A stretch of 64,000 nt of DNA from Eledone cirrhosa (GCA_964016885.1 CAXHJY010001727.1:1-64000), one strand, 5' to 3'; numbered from the stretch's first letter, positions 17,704 to 30,805 are shown. Notes: generated by a model not told the origin, from the letters alone. Numbers and translations are program-made.

Positions 17704-19061
17704 TCAAAAGTTAAAACACAGATAATCTTGTCAAGGAAAATTCTGGGGATACCGCATATTGGAAGAAAGCAAAAATAATAGATATTAACATTCGTATAAG
17801 AGAGGAAAGCAAGAAGCACATGAAAACCATGACCATATAAATATAAATATAATTAAGTATCAGCAGCTAGAAGCATCAAAAAACTTAAAAACAAGCTGGT
17901 ATAAAAAAAAGAATGCTGCAATAAGGAATTTAAGCATAATGCAGGCATATCATATACTGAAAAAATGTATATGCAACATAAACATTACAACAATCTATAA
18001 AAGTTAGTGCATGGATAAAATATAAATTTAAGAATGCAAAAATGCATCTTCAATGTATATTTTTACTATATTTATAATAAAAAGTTCAGCTCCATCTTTC
18101 AGTCCTAAGTATATAGATACTTCAAATCCGCTGGGTGCAGTCAGCAAAATAAACGTTAAAATGTAAAAGTGTTGTTATTATCAATACATGGTCAAACCAA
18201 TCGAAATGATTAATATAGAGAAAATGTCCAGCAAAGTAAGGTCCAATATGTAGTAGTTGCTATCATCAGCAAAAGGTGCCACATATAAGAATAGGATGGA
18301 GGAATTCATATAATAATTATACACGACCCAAACTTAACAGAGATTTTTAAATTAATCAGATAGCGGTTGATGGAAAAAAGGGGATGAAAGGGAGGTAATT
18401 TATAAAAAAAAATGTTTAAGGTGAGCTACAAATTATTAAATGTTTATTTAGTAAGTCAAGGTATAAAAATAACAATAATAAATATTAGGGCTAATGATTA
18501 TAGAACTAAAGAAATTATTTTAAGAATTATTAATCATACTTTTAGAATAATATATAATATTAAAACTAATAAAAATAAAAATAAATTATCATTGTATAGT
18601 AAAATGCTGTATATAATTAAAATTTATCAAAAGGTTTTATCAAAAATTAACCAAAAAGTTTCTATGAAAAACTTTATAAAAAAAAAGAATTTTTAAACTC
18701 TCTAAAGAAACTTATTTATACATATACCAAAATATGGAAGGATAAAGGGAATAACACATCACCTAAACGTTAACAAAATAATATTAATTAATTAATAATT
18801 TAATAAATTATGTAAAACTTGAATGTATACTACTGAAAAACCAAGATAGAGATAATGGATAATATAATGATAAAGTATTAATAAAAATAAAAATAAAATA
18901 AAAATAAATATGAAATCAGATCAGGTGGGCTTATTAAAGATACTAATCTAAATGTAATAAAATAAAAGAGAATAAAATAAATATATGGCTAAATGTGATG
19001 GGGTGGTTGTAATAGATCGTAATTAAAGTGGAAGTGATCAGAATAGGGATGTTATAAGCAT

Positions 19062-19252
19062 ATAATTGTTTCTACTTTTGGCACAAGGCCAGCAATTATC
19101 CAGTGCATTACTGGTACTTTATTTTATCGACCCCGTAAGGATGAAAGGCAAAGTTAACCTTCGCGGGATTTGAACTCAGAATGGCAAGGGCCGTAACTCT
19201 ATGCGTCAAAGCATGGCGTCCGACCCTCTACCGATACTGCCAATCACCCGCA
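19062..19252 (-). mobile_element. tRNA-derived SINE family A
   Basis: TGGCAGTATCGGTAGAG A-box-like, GAGTTCAAATCC B-box, TTTGCCTTTCATCC..GGGGTCGATAAAATAAAGTACCAGT core; many copies in the window. Confidence 0.85.
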
Positions 19253-19940
19253 ATACATATTAATATCATTATAAGCATATAATGATATTAATATTACTAA
19301 AGAAATACAGATATAGATAAGTCTACATTGGTATAAATTAGTTACTAGCTTTAAAATAGTGAAAAGAGTGATGATTTATATGTTTACAAGTGGAAAAGAT
19401 CTCAGATTTTCTATTTAATAAATTTAGTTTAGAGAAGATAATAGTATGGGATTCAAGAAGGCAAAGGTTGCAGAACTTATTGGGGGGTTTATAAGAAGCA
19501 GCTTTTGCGATCACATTCCAGGTTAGCATGTAAAGTGTATTACTACACTTCAGAAATGATACGAAATTTGATAATGAGGTTGCGTGTGTAAGCTTAGAGT
19601 TCTTAAAAGTATGAAGATGGGAATTATACTCGTCTTGAAATTATTCGATGTAGAACCGATATAGGTTTTGGAGTTGGTAGAAGTTATGACAGTGCAGGAA
19701 TAAATAATATTCTTAACAACGCAGTTTCCATTAAGAACGCATACATTATTAGGCCTACAATTACAATTATATCTATTGGTTGAGCGGTTTTGAGGATAAA
19801 GGTTTAAAGGGTCATTAGTAATACGAGTGCTATAATTATTATATTATTCCTATAAGTCCTAGAAACTATTGTGTTATGGGATTGGTTTGTACAATTACTA
19901 GGCATAACATTGCCAAGGTTATCTGTGTTCTAACATTTGA

Positions 19941-19997
19941 TTTATACTCCGATGATACCGGCCTTGTGCCTAGATGAAACGATCCTTGGTAATTAAA
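19941..19997 (+). ncRNA. Hammerhead ribozyme with CCGAUGA core, stem III damaged
   Basis: TACT-CCGATGA-T..T-GAAAC GATC CTT/GGTA. Confidence 0.55.
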
Positions 19998-20178
19998 TTT
20001 TCTTAAACACTCTTTGGTGGTTATTTATAAAGTATATATATATATATTGTGGATTGTCTCTCTGTTGACCACTGGCGGCTGGTTGCTGTCCTCCTGGGGC
20101 ATTTTCACCCTTCATTGTCATTTAGCTGTTTTAACGGCTATTCAAGCGATGAGTTTCATTTTTATATGTATATATATA

Positions 20179-20510
20179 TAATTGTTTCTACTTTTGGCAC
20201 AAGGCCAGCCGTAAGGATGAAAGGCATAGTTAACCTCGGCGGGATTTGAACTCAGAACATAAAGGGACTTAACTGTGCTGCAAAGCATGGCATCCGACTC
20301 TCTACCGATACTGCCAATCCACCAATGTGGATTGGCAGTATCGGTAGAGAGTCGGACGTCATGCTTTGACACATATAGTTACGGCCCTTTCCATTCTAAG
20401 TTCAAATCCCGCCGAGGTTAACTTTGCCTTTCATCCTTACGGGGTCGATAAAATAAAGTACCAGTAATGCACTGGCATAATTGCTGGCGTTGTGCCAATA
20501 GTAGAAACAA
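20179..20510. mobile_element. Two family-A SINEs head to head (20179-20322 minus, 20327-20510 plus)
   Basis: Centre CTGCCAATCCAC-CAAT-GTGGATTGGCAG. Confidence 0.85.

Positions 20511-20513
<3 letters not shown>

Positions 20514-20594
<81 letters not shown>
20514..20594. repeat. (GT)n microsatellite
   Basis: direct inspection. Confidence 0.97.
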
Positions 20595-20598
<4 letters not shown>

Positions 20599-20679
20599 GG
20601 TAAACAGAAATAACAACACAGTCGGTATAGTATATGGAAGGGATATATTAGGTTAACGCTTCATATAGCAGGAAGAGGG

Positions 20680-20715
20680 TCTTAACGTTTCGGACGCTAG
20701 TCCTTCATCAGAAGA
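20680..20715 (-). ncRNA. Minimal PLE-type hammerhead ribozyme
   Basis: Minus strand TCTT-CTGATGA-A GGAC TAGC GTCC-GAAACGTT/AAGA; palindromic AACGTT; lies in a probable PLE tail (20595-20870) abutting (GT)n. Confidence 0.85.
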
Positions 20716-20872
20716 AAAAATGAGAAATAAGATAGATTGAGGGGGCGGGCGGGATGGAATTGGAAAAAATGTCTTTAGATAAAAATAACAAGTCCATTCA
20801 TGTTGACATCTCTTGCACCGGAGGGTTATATCCGTAGTAGTAGAGCACTCAGTCTATGGGACGAGTTTGGTA

Positions 20873-21201
20873 GAAGTGGTTCCACAATAGTTAGTTCACC
20901 ATACCGAGCACAAAAAATGGTGAACTAACTGTTGTAGAACTACTTATATATATATATATATATATATATGGGGTCGTGTATATAAAAAAGAGGTTTGGTA
21001 AGATGCCAGGTTGACCATAGCGCACCAGAGTCCTTAATACTTAGGGTAGTAGAGTGGTTAATAGGAAAAGTGTCAGGACCCCTAGTTCGGATCTAACTGT
21101 CGAAACGGACGGAGCTCAGCCGTTGGAGTCCTAATTCTTTTCCTAGATCCGCAAGGTGAAACATTTGTTCTAGGTGTGGTGAACTAACTGTTGTGATACT
21201 A

Positions 21202-21205
<4 letters not shown>
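20873..21205. mobile_element. Jumble of short PLE terminal fragments in both orientations
   Basis: TGGTGAACTAACTGTTG..CTACTT ends at about 20873-20945 (fold-back) and 21147-21204; 20970-21155 matches the 13810-13937 tail in inverted and direct pieces. Confidence 0.7.
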
Positions 21206-21265
<60 letters not shown>

Positions 21266-21289
21266 AGTGGTAACACAACAGTTAGTTCA

Positions 21290-21339
21290 CCATACCGAAA
21301 ACAATTGTTTCACCTTAGCGGATCCTTAGCTCGTAATGG
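21290..21339 (-). ncRNA. Hammerhead ribozyme, mutated core (CTAAGGA)
   Basis: Inverted copy of 23213-23262 with a G5A change. Confidence 0.5.
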
Positions 21340-23212
21340 TCATGGTTATACGGAACAGGAAGAACAACCGTATGAACGCGCATGCGCAGAAAGTCACTTC
21401 ACCCAGACAATCAAAACTGCGGGCGAGAGGTGTAAGGGAAATAACTGCGAAAGTCCGAAAGGTTCTAGTTGATAAGAAAATTAGGATGTTGTTATTCAAT
21501 CCGGAGCTTTGTAGTTATGTAAGCGGTGTTTCCAGACATGTGGACAACGTGTGAAGATTTCATTTACAGAGTTTAGGCAATCGCTATTGCGTAATCTCTT
21601 TAGAATATTTATCCGTTCATCAATACATAGTCCACAAGACGGATTGCCCTTGCGAGTGGCTTGGACTTAGTGATGGCTTTCCATTGAATGGAGTAGTCTA
21701 TACTTGAGTCCTTGAGGGACCATACGTGGCTCGCGAGTTTCTTGGATGATCGTTTGTCCGGGTACCTAAAGGTCGACTGATGGTTCAGGAAGCGTTCCTT
21801 AAATCGGCTCTCCGCCATACCCAAACAGGATTTGACCTCCTGTGGTTGATTTGGTCAGTTGGATGTGACCACAGCTTCATAAACTTCAGCGGGTGTGTTG
21901 CATTGCTGTTGAAGGCTTTCGGCATAGAGCACCCTGGTGGGGTGTTGCTCTTAGAGCTGTTGGTGATGTGGACCTTCATGTTCTTAGCGCAGGAGTACCC
22001 TAGTTTTATTTTGTGTCTGTTAAAGATGGAGTGGTATTTGTGACCTATGGGAAAGTGTCTATCTAAGAGGGCTAAAAATGTTTCCCTACATTAGTTTTAA
22101 CGTTGAGTGAGAAGGGATGAGAGAACCAGATAGTTTTTCTATTGTTACACTTTCTTTTCTTATTGCTGTTGTTGTTAGTGGGAGAGTAAGTGATAGGTTG
22201 CGAGAAGCCGCTCTTAGCTAACGCCCTGTTATAGTAGGGTGCCGCTCTGTCAAAGATAGCCTTATTAGAGGAGAGGTTTGAGATTCTAGTAATTATATTA
22301 TTTACGAAGTTTCTAAAAACAGTGGGACGGTGGCATGAGACCTTGTGGATGTAATTGAGTTTTTCGTTAAGCTTATGGAAGGGTCTGTATGTGTGTGTGC
22401 GAAGGTCTAAATTAATGTCTAAGTAATCTGCGCTAGAGAGGTTGGTAGCTACTGTTATCCTAAGTCCTAACTCATTGAATGTAGAAGCTAAGTCTTTTTT
22501 AAACCGGTCGAGGTCGTGGCCACTTTTATGGCTCGATAAGGTCAGTCCATCGTCGCGGTATATTCCCGTGTGGAAGTCCGGGAATCTAACACGTAATAAG
22601 TCTAAGATAAATAGGCCAACCAAGTCGCAAACCTCAGTACTGTCAAACGATCCCATGGAGACGTCGAACAGGTCTGAAGTTGTTGACTTCTTTGCCCAGG
22701 ATACTCTGTTGTTGATGAGGAGGGTTTTCCGATAGTGAGCGATGGTTTCCCTTTCTAAATCATGGACGGTGGTGTAAGTGGTAGCGAAGTCTAACGCTCT
22801 GTTTAACAGGGTCTCTGAGATCGACGAGTAAAAATCAACAATGTCAAAATGTGTGAACTTCGCTTTTTTGCATTTGAAGGAGTTAAACCACTTAATTACG
22901 GAGTCGCTGTTCTCCCGCTGGGACAGGTTGGACTTGGTCCTAATGGTCTTAACTATGTTTCGCAATAGCGATTGCCTAAACTCAAGAAATGAATTCTTCA
23001 CACGTTGTCCACACGTCTGGAAACACCTCTTATATAACTACAAAGCTCCGGATTGAATTACATCCTAATTTTCTTATCAACTAGAAACTTTCGGACTTTC
23101 GCTGTTATATCCCTTACACCTCTCGCACGCAATTTAGTATTGCCTGAGTTAAGTGACCGTTTCTGCGCATGCGCGTTCGTATGGTTGTCCTTCCTGTTCC
23201 GTATAACCATGT

Positions 23213-23262
23213 CCATTACGAGCTGAGGATCCGCTAAGGTGAAACAATTGTTCTCGGTATGG
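23213..23262 (+). ncRNA. Type I hammerhead ribozyme
   Basis: CCATTACGAG-CTGAGGA-T CC GCTAA GG T-GAAAC AATT GTT/CTCGGTATGG; palindrome AACAATTGTT. Confidence 0.8.
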
Positions 23263-23344
23263 TGAACTAACTATTGCGTAACCACTTCTCTCTCTCTCTC
23301 CCTATATATATATATATATACACACATATATATTATATATATAT

Positions 23345-26300
23345 GATGGCTGCAAACTCGTGTTTGATCATTGCTAACGCCTGATAAAATGCTCAAAAAT
23401 GTGTACCACGAATATGGCTCTTTAAACCAGCTAAAGAGTTGCACCCTCTGGCACATATATGGCAACTGTAGTCTCCTCTGGGACTTTCTATTACTGTGTT
23501 CTCGTGTGTCTTTTGAGACCGCCCATGCTACTACATTCCTTGCCAAATTCCTTGCACATTTTGAGATCATAATTTACATAAGGTCTACTGATATGACTTT
23601 GTTCGTGTCTATTCAAACCAGCTTTACTCAGGCAGACTCGACCACAGTGCTCCCAAACCAGCAGACCTTCCTTTCCTGTGTAAGGTGTTCTTTCCGACGA
23701 ATTTGAAAGTGTTCACTACCCGACTTGATCAAACGTCTCCACTTCACCCACTCCTCCGCCATTTTCTCTCATTCGACAGATGAAATTCCAGCACAAGCCA
23801 AGGTACCCCTGACACAGTCCCGGTATCGTATTTTTGGTGTGTGTGGTAGTCGCCTTCCTTCACACAATTCTCCATAGAGAAGTTGCTTTGGAATGCGATC
23901 ACCAGACATCCGGACCACGTGTCCACAGCACCTCAACCGGTGCCGAAAGATCATGCTCTCTATAGTCACGCACCTGCTCCGTTCAAGAACTTCCAAATCA
24001 CTAACGAACATTTTCCATCGCACCCCAAGTAACTTACAAAGAGATTGTTGGTGAAATCTCTCCAGTTCCTTGAGGTGCTTTCTGTATGTGACCCACGTTT
24101 CACAAGCATAAATCAGATAGGAGACGACACAAGTCAGATACACTTTCACCTTGGTTTCGATAGTGATACCTCGTCGGGACCATAAACGTTCATGCAACCG
24201 TCCAAAAGTATCACTAGCTTTCTTGATTCTTAAGGATATTTCATCATCCAGTGTGCATGAGTTGTTCAGCGTACTACCAAGGTACACAAACTTGTCAGCA
24301 ATTTTTAGCCTCTTTCCGTACACGTACACACTTGGTGTAGTGTACTCTTTTCCAGGCGCTGGCTGATACATCACAACAATATTTTCCAAGCTTATTGTGA
24401 GGCCCAGAGCGCGGCAAGCTTCAGAAAAAGTGTTTATAATATGCTGCTTGTCACTTTGTGAGTGTGCAAAAAAATCGCAGTCTTCTGCATACAAAAACTC
24501 ACGGATGATAGATGTTAATACCTTTGTGCTTGCACCAAAGCACCTAATGTTGAACAACCTTCCTGAAATGCGATACCTGATGTAGACCCCATGCGAACAA
24601 TTCTTCCTGAATGCCACGAGAAACACTATTGTAAAATATAGGGAAAACAGAGTTGGAGCCGGAATGCTTTACTCCATTTTCCACTGATATTGGTTCAGAG
24701 ATGCTACCACCAATACTGACCCAAGCCTTCATGTCATCATGAAAAAGACGCAGAATCTTCACAAACTTTGGAGGACATCCAAGCTTTTCTAAAATTTTCC
24801 ACAATGCAGTTCGATTGACGGTGTCAAAGGCCTTTATCAAGTCAACTAAGACCTGGTAAAGGTCCATATATTGTTTGATACACTTTTCTTGCAGCTACCG
24901 GGCAGAAAAGATCCTAGCCACTGTTCCTCTTTCGTTTCTGAAACACATTCAGAGCAACCTCTGAGATCAATCTATCCATCAAAATTCGACACATGACTTT
25001 ACCAACTACTGAAAGAAGTGATATTCCACGATAATTGCCATATTTGTCCTTCCCACCCTTTCCTTTATGGAGAATCACCATGAGTGCATCCTTCAAATCT
25101 TGTGGGACATTCTCATCCTCCCACACCTTTTTTTATGAGGTTCAGTCAGGCGCTACGTGAAGTTTTCACCATCGCACTTCAAAACTTCTGCACTCAGACC
25201 ATCCATACCAGGAGACATACCACAGTTCAGCTTATGCACAGCAGAAGTCACCTCTGCAAGAGAAGGTACATCAGCCATCTCATGCTTCACTGGTTCAATA
25301 GGAATGGTTGGCTTAAGAACTTATCAAAGTGATCCCTCCATCTATCGAGTATGTATTTTGAATCGCGCAGTAACTGCTTGCTATCTTTTGATCTCAACGG
25401 TGTCACTGGGAGCTGAAAGAACCATACACCTCTCTGAGTAGAGAGTGAAGCAGTTTCACATTGTTACTATCAGATGCCGCTTGAACCTCATCTGCTTTGT
25501 TGCTCTACCAGGTATTTTGCATGGCCCTGAGTTTCACCTACACCTCGTTCTTTACCTGTCTGTAACGCTCATAATTGTCACCAACAGAGCTACCACCTTT
25601 AAGAACTGCATCAAGTGCCTTTTGTTTTCTGTCCAGCAGAGCCTTGACCTCCTGGTCATTCTCATGAAACCAGTCCTTGTGTCTTCTTGTGACAAAGCCA
25701 AGGACCTCAGCTGAAGCCTCATAGACCGAGCTACTGAGGTCATTCCAGTTGTTCGCACAATCAATGCTTTCAAGCCTGCGACACAGCTCTTCCTTGACAC
25801 CCTTATCTTTCATACGATCTATATTCAAGCGCTTTGGAATTTTGACACCATTTGCTCTTATTTGAGGTTTGATCACGAAGTTTGCCTTGGCGCACACCAG
25901 ACGATGGTCTGCCCAGCACTCTGCGCCACGCAGAATACGCACATGCTTGATATCCTGCATGTCACGTTTCTTCACAAGAACATAGCCGATCAGATGCCAC
26001 ACCTTCGACCCAGGGTGCATCCATGTTGTCTTGAACTTATCCCTTTGTTGGAACATCATGCTTGCAATGAACAAATCTAACTCCACACACATCTGTAGCA
26101 AGAGGAGACCATTGCTGTTACATTTCCCTATGCCATGTCTGCCGATCACATCCCAAGTCTCCTAATCCCTGTCAATGCGTGCGTTGAAATCACCAAATAC
26201 GACTATTTTGTCTGCTGAAGGAATCTTTTTGGCAAGTTCCTTCAAACGCCTGTAAAAGGTGAGTTTCTCGTCTTCATTGGAGTTCATCGTCGGAGTATAT

Positions 26301-26800
26301 ACACTGACAATGGTAAGGTAGCGATTGTACATCAGAGGAATTCTCATTGACATGAGACGATCACCAAAGATGTTTTCACTGCAAAAGTCACACCTGCCTC
26401 CCTTTTGCATCCTGCTGCTCTGCCACTCCAGTAAAACGTATAGCCACAGGACATTTCAGTGATATGACTCTCTTCGAGTAGCCTTGTTTCAGATAAGGCA
26501 ACAATATCCATATTGTATCGCCCCAGCTCTCTGGCAACAAGAGCTGATCTTCTTTTTGGTCGTGATTCTGAAGACACCAAATCTAATGAGGTCTGGATGT
26601 TTCAGCAACTGATATTCATAGGTTTCAACTTCTTCGCAGTCGCAGGATGGCACTTGCCGAGCCAGACCTTTTCACCATCAGTTCCAGAGCCCCCATTGCC
26701 ATTAATTCGACTCTTCTTATTAAGAATAGCATTGTTTCTTTCCGTGAAAGTATCTTGCTCGGTCTACGAAATTTTCTGCCTATGAGCTTTTCAGCCGACC
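23345..26800 (-). mobile_element. Near full-length decayed RTE (BovB-like) LINE: APE, RT and C-terminal C2H2-like finger
   Basis: DIVALSETRL, GDFNAR, TTWMHPGSK, DHRLV, NYRGISLLS, DLIKAFDTVNR, LYAED, FVYLGS, Y(A)[32 protein letters not shown]; many frameshifts. Confidence 0.92.
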
Positions 26801-27075
26801 CTCGTATATAGTGCTCCTGCTCCTTACTATGATAAACTGTTGTTATATGGTACTGAAGCCCAGCATAGCACTGGAAAATAAACTGTCTACCCTCCACGGA
26901 AACAGTAAAAAATACGAGCCTCTGTGTGGTCAGTTGACTCACTAGAAATAGCTGCCAAATCTTCCTTAAATCTCCATATCGTTTTTAAAAAAGGCGAACA
27001 ACTGAACTGTATAATAGAATGAATTTGGACAAGCCGGGATTATTGTAAGAGTTTAAAGTCTGTATTAAGCCAGAA

Positions 27076-27326
27076 GACTCATTTGGCCGGTGCTTATCCC
27101 GGTTTCATGGCGCGAAGCGACTGAGAGTACAAGAGTCCCGCCTTGACAGGACACCAGTCCATCACAGGGTTAAACCCCCAGCTTTTGCTGGTACTTATTT
27201 TCAGCTGAGTATACTGGAGCAACGTGAAATTAAGTGTCTTGCTCAAGAACACAACACGCAACCCAGGAATCGAACCCACATTATGATCGTAAGTCCAACG
27301 CCCTTACCACTAGGCTACGTGCCTCC
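27076..27326 (-). mobile_element. tRNA-derived SINE family B (MetaSINE-like core)
   Basis: TAGCCTAGTGGT A box, GGTTCGATTCC B box, CTTGAGCAAGACACTT..CTCAGCTG core. Confidence 0.8.
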
Positions 27327-27469
27327 TGTAAGATAAAATTGGCAAGTTATTCACAGTGGGATTGAAATCAGATCAACGTAGTTACATTACCAAATTTATA
27401 ACCCCGAATTCCTGCTTGGCCATAACGCAATGCATGATATAAACCATTACATGCATGCAAAGTCCCGTA

Positions 27470-27770
27470 ACTCCTGAGGGAGTCTTTGAGGCACCATGTT
27501 GATATTTTAAAACCTGGCGGAGCCCAATCTTCCTCAGCTCTGAATACAGCAGATTTCTTCAAGAGACGGATAGAGGATGAGAGAGAGTAAGTGTTAAAGA
27601 GATATAAAGGAAGAATCGACCCCAGTACTAGACTGGTATTTTTTTATCAACCTCGAATGGATGAAAGACAAAGTTGACCTCGGCAGGATTTAAACTGAGA
27701 GCAAAGAGCTGAAACGAATACCACAAAGAATGCTATCCGACGTTCTAACGACTCTGCTAATTCGCCGCAG
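27470..27770 (-). mobile_element. SINE family A, long-tail variant
   Basis: Family A head plus TGCTGTATTCAG..TGGGCTCCGCCAGG tail shared with the copies at 28625, 35885 and 47910. Confidence 0.75.
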
Positions 27771-28624
27771 ATATGAACCATTAACCATTCAATAAAAACA
27801 CGACTGGGCGCTGCTTATCGCAGACTGCTAAATTTCATTCGCATAACTTTTGTCGACCCGAAACTATTTAAGAAGACGCTTGCCTGTACTTTACAGTGGT
27901 ATTGAACCCTGAACAACATAGTTGCAATACAAACTCTGTAACCACACAGCCATAACACAATACATCACTGAAATAGAAACCATTGGCCATTCAATAAACC
28001 GATAGACTCCAAAAGCTACAACTCATGTTATATGTATTAAAAGACAAAAGTTTTTAGTTTCTTTTTTAACACTTATTTACAAAGCAACAGATCTCTGTCT
28101 CTCTAGGGTTAAGTCTTAAAATATCTCAATGTCAGAGAAATTAAGTAATTTATGTCTCAATATTCAATATTTACATATTTGCCTATACCAAGTGTCTATT
28201 TTATATACAGTTCAAATTTCTGATGTATATGGCTGTTAGTTCTGTCATGTTGATCTAGAAATGTCATCATATCTTTAGAAAGAAAAGCTCAAGAGGCACA
28301 CAAGTCTTTTGCTATCAAATTTTCAACAGATAAGCATTTGAAAGTATTTACCAGCCTACAATTTGTTTGTTTGTTTTTTTATGTGGGACAGATTTTACTA
28401 ATCTTTCGTAGATTGTTGTGTGATAACAGTCCAATTAATATCGATTTTAAACAATGGTACAAAGCCACATATTTTGAGACGAGGGATCAGTCCATTAAAT
28501 CATCACAAGTTCTTGATTGGTGATTATTTTATCGATCCTGGAACGATGAAAGATAACTGGACTACAATGAAATTCGAACTCAGGATGTAATGTAATGTAA
28601 TTACATCAATGTATGGCCCTCTAA

Positions 28625-28905
28625 CTACTGAGGATGTCGTAGGGGCCCTGTATTGGCAAACGGCATTTCTGTACCTGGCAGATCCCATCTCCTTTCTAAG
28701 TCTGAATACAACAGATTTTCCCAGTGAAGGATAGAGTGCGAAAGATATATATATAGTAGAAGAATCGACTGGTACTTTTTTTTATCAACTTCGAATGAAT
28801 GAAAGGTAAAGTTGACCTCGGCAGGATTTGAACTCACAGAGCAGAGTCGAAACGAATACTGCAAAGCATTTTACTCGACGTTCTAATGACTGCCAATTCG
28901 CAGCC
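28625..28905 (-). mobile_element. SINE family A, long-tail variant
   Basis: Same head and tail as the 27470 copy. Confidence 0.75.
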
Positions 28906-29659
28906 TCGCAATACTATTATCTTGAAGTATTATGGACACTGAAGTAAAGACACACCTACCTTCAATGTCATCAATCGACTTGCTGGGATTGCTGGCATAT
29001 CTCCTTCAAACAATGCCCCGACCATTATGAAATAGGAAGGATACGATTGGTAAGCAGTGCAAAATAAGTCCGGAATGCTTTAAGTCTTCTCAGTCATGAC
29101 CAGCCTGAGACTAAACAACAATCAATCAATTGGTTGTCAAACTGCCAACCAAAGGATTGAGGTTCAAGTGCCGTCTTTTTTTCTGTAACTGTGTCTATGA
29201 CTAAAGCAATAACTCGCGCTAGTTCAATTCACGCAGCTGTAAATTAGATAATCTATATTATAGAAGAAATGCTGTTTCTCTGTCTGTCTGTCCGTCACAC
29301 ATGTATGTAGAAAAAATGAAAAAGGAGGCAACCCCTTTTTTTAAGTTGAGAAGAGAAGAGGGATAACTTATGTCATGCTTATAGTTTATTGCAATGGTTA
29401 GAGGTAATAAGGTAGAGATCGGCAGGAGGGGGTGAGGAGTCAGTAGGTGGTGGGGGAATCTAGTACCAAAGAAATACATCAATTAATTCTAGAGACAGAA
29501 CACTCCCCAATTAATGAGTTTGTTGTTGGTTTCACAGTTCTTAATATAACTTCTGTAAGACCTGAAGGAAAACAAGAAATCACTTCAGTATATTCTTTAC
29601 ACAGAAAATCATGTAAAAGTTTCACCTTCAGATTTAACATAACATATCTAAATAATACT

Positions 29660-29905
29660 TGGGGGAAGGGTGGGACCTTGCCTGGTATGGTCAAATATCC
29701 TGCTACAACTCCCTGTCCAAAACCATCCTTCAAGGCACAGTTGAGAGAGGGCGAAGAAGAGACAAACAAAAAAATTCCTGGTCCGATAACATCAAAGACT
29801 GGACTGGTCACAACACTGAGACCCTTCTACGCATGACGACGACTAACTGTAAAAGTGTCTAGATTGGCACCCCAACAACTGGCTGTATCAGTTGCGGGAA
29901 CATGA
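29660..29905 (+). mobile_element. RTE LINE 3' remnant
   Basis: AWYGQI..LSKTILQGTVERGRRRDKQKNSWSDNIKDWTG. Confidence 0.75.
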
Positions 29906-30284
29906 GGATAATCTGATACTTAATGACAGATATTTCACCTACCACCGTATTGACAATAACAAGCGGTATAAATATGTTCCTGCTAAAGTATTAGCTAGCT
30001 TTGCGTGTCCATGATAGGTTTTATACTTATCATGGGTGTTTTTTTTAGCAATGTTTTACAGCCGGATACCCCCTTTAGGCGCCATCAATTTTAGTCACCT
30101 TTTACGAGATACTGTAACTATTTTAAACTGGATATACGCAGTATCCTAATATCCATAACTTGGTGTTAGAGTAAATACCATAAACAAAACTCCCATGTCA
30201 ATCCGACAGTCGCCTTAAATAATTGTGGCCTCGTACAACCATGAAAAAGACATACTGACATCGCACCATAACTTAGTATAACAA

Positions 30285-30405
30285 TAATTGTTTCTACTTT
30301 TGGCACAATGCCAGCAATTACCTCAGTGCATTACTGGTGCTTTATTTTATCGACCCCGTAAGGATGAAAGGCAAAGTTAACGTCGGTGGGATTTGAACTC
30401 AGAAC
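30285..30405 (-). mobile_element. Partial SINE family A
   Basis: Near-identical to 19062-19180. Confidence 0.8.
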
Positions 30406-30479
30406 AACAATAATATCGATTTCATTGAAAGAAAACCATAAACTTAAAAAAATATCAGAGAATATAATATGTATGCGTT

Positions 30480-30805
30480 TATGATGGACCTCCGTCGGTT
30501 CCTGCAAGTGTTCCTATTGTTCGAACAACGGAACAGCCTAATTGTGAAATTAATGCGCAAGTGGCCAAGCATTCCACAAATAAGTGTACCCTTAACGTAA
30601 CTCTGAGATATTCAGCATGACACAGTGTGTAATAAGACTGTTCCTTTGAATTAAGATACAACTCATTTTTTTGGCAGCTGAGTTAAGTGGAGTTATGTGA
30701 CATTAATAGTCTTGCTCAAGGACACAACGTGCTCCCAGGTATTGAACTCATAACCTTACGATCGTGAGCCGAACACCTTAACCACTAAGCCACGCACTTT
30801 CACAG
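30480..30805 (-). mobile_element. SINE family B
   Basis: GCGTGGCTTAGTGGTTAAGG..GAGTTCAATACC..CCTTGAGCAAGAC. Confidence 0.8.

Larger units (their letters stand above)
17520..20035 (-). mobile_element. Hydra-clade-like PLE: endonuclease (about 19340-19800), long AT-rich 3' region, short inverted terminus at about 19910-20035
   Basis: YNCNCRPNNVCVLNGNC..IIYSC..YIGSTSNNFK and W..IAKA..CNLCLLE..LLNRKSE..CKH; 17609-17735 mirrors 19910-20035; SINE inserted at about 19062-19250. Confidence 0.8.
21265..23288 (-). mobile_element. Hydra-clade-like PLE, 5'-truncated RT and endonuclease, with inverted ~325-bp termini (21265-21592 and 22961-23288)
   Basis: FDIVDFYSSI, FDVSMGSFDSTEVCDLVG, GIYRDDGL, DYLDI; endonuclease MGMAESRFKERFLNH..W; frameshifts; HHR in each arm. 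Confidence 0.9.

Noticed and set aside
17750-19050. Mitochondrial insertion (NUMT)
   Set aside because: AT-rich, but no recognisable mitochondrial gene or tRNA; it lies inside a PLE
29251-29310. Helitron-like 5' end (TCTATATTATA..(CTGT)n)
   Set aside because: No matching 3' hairpin or CTRR end could be identified
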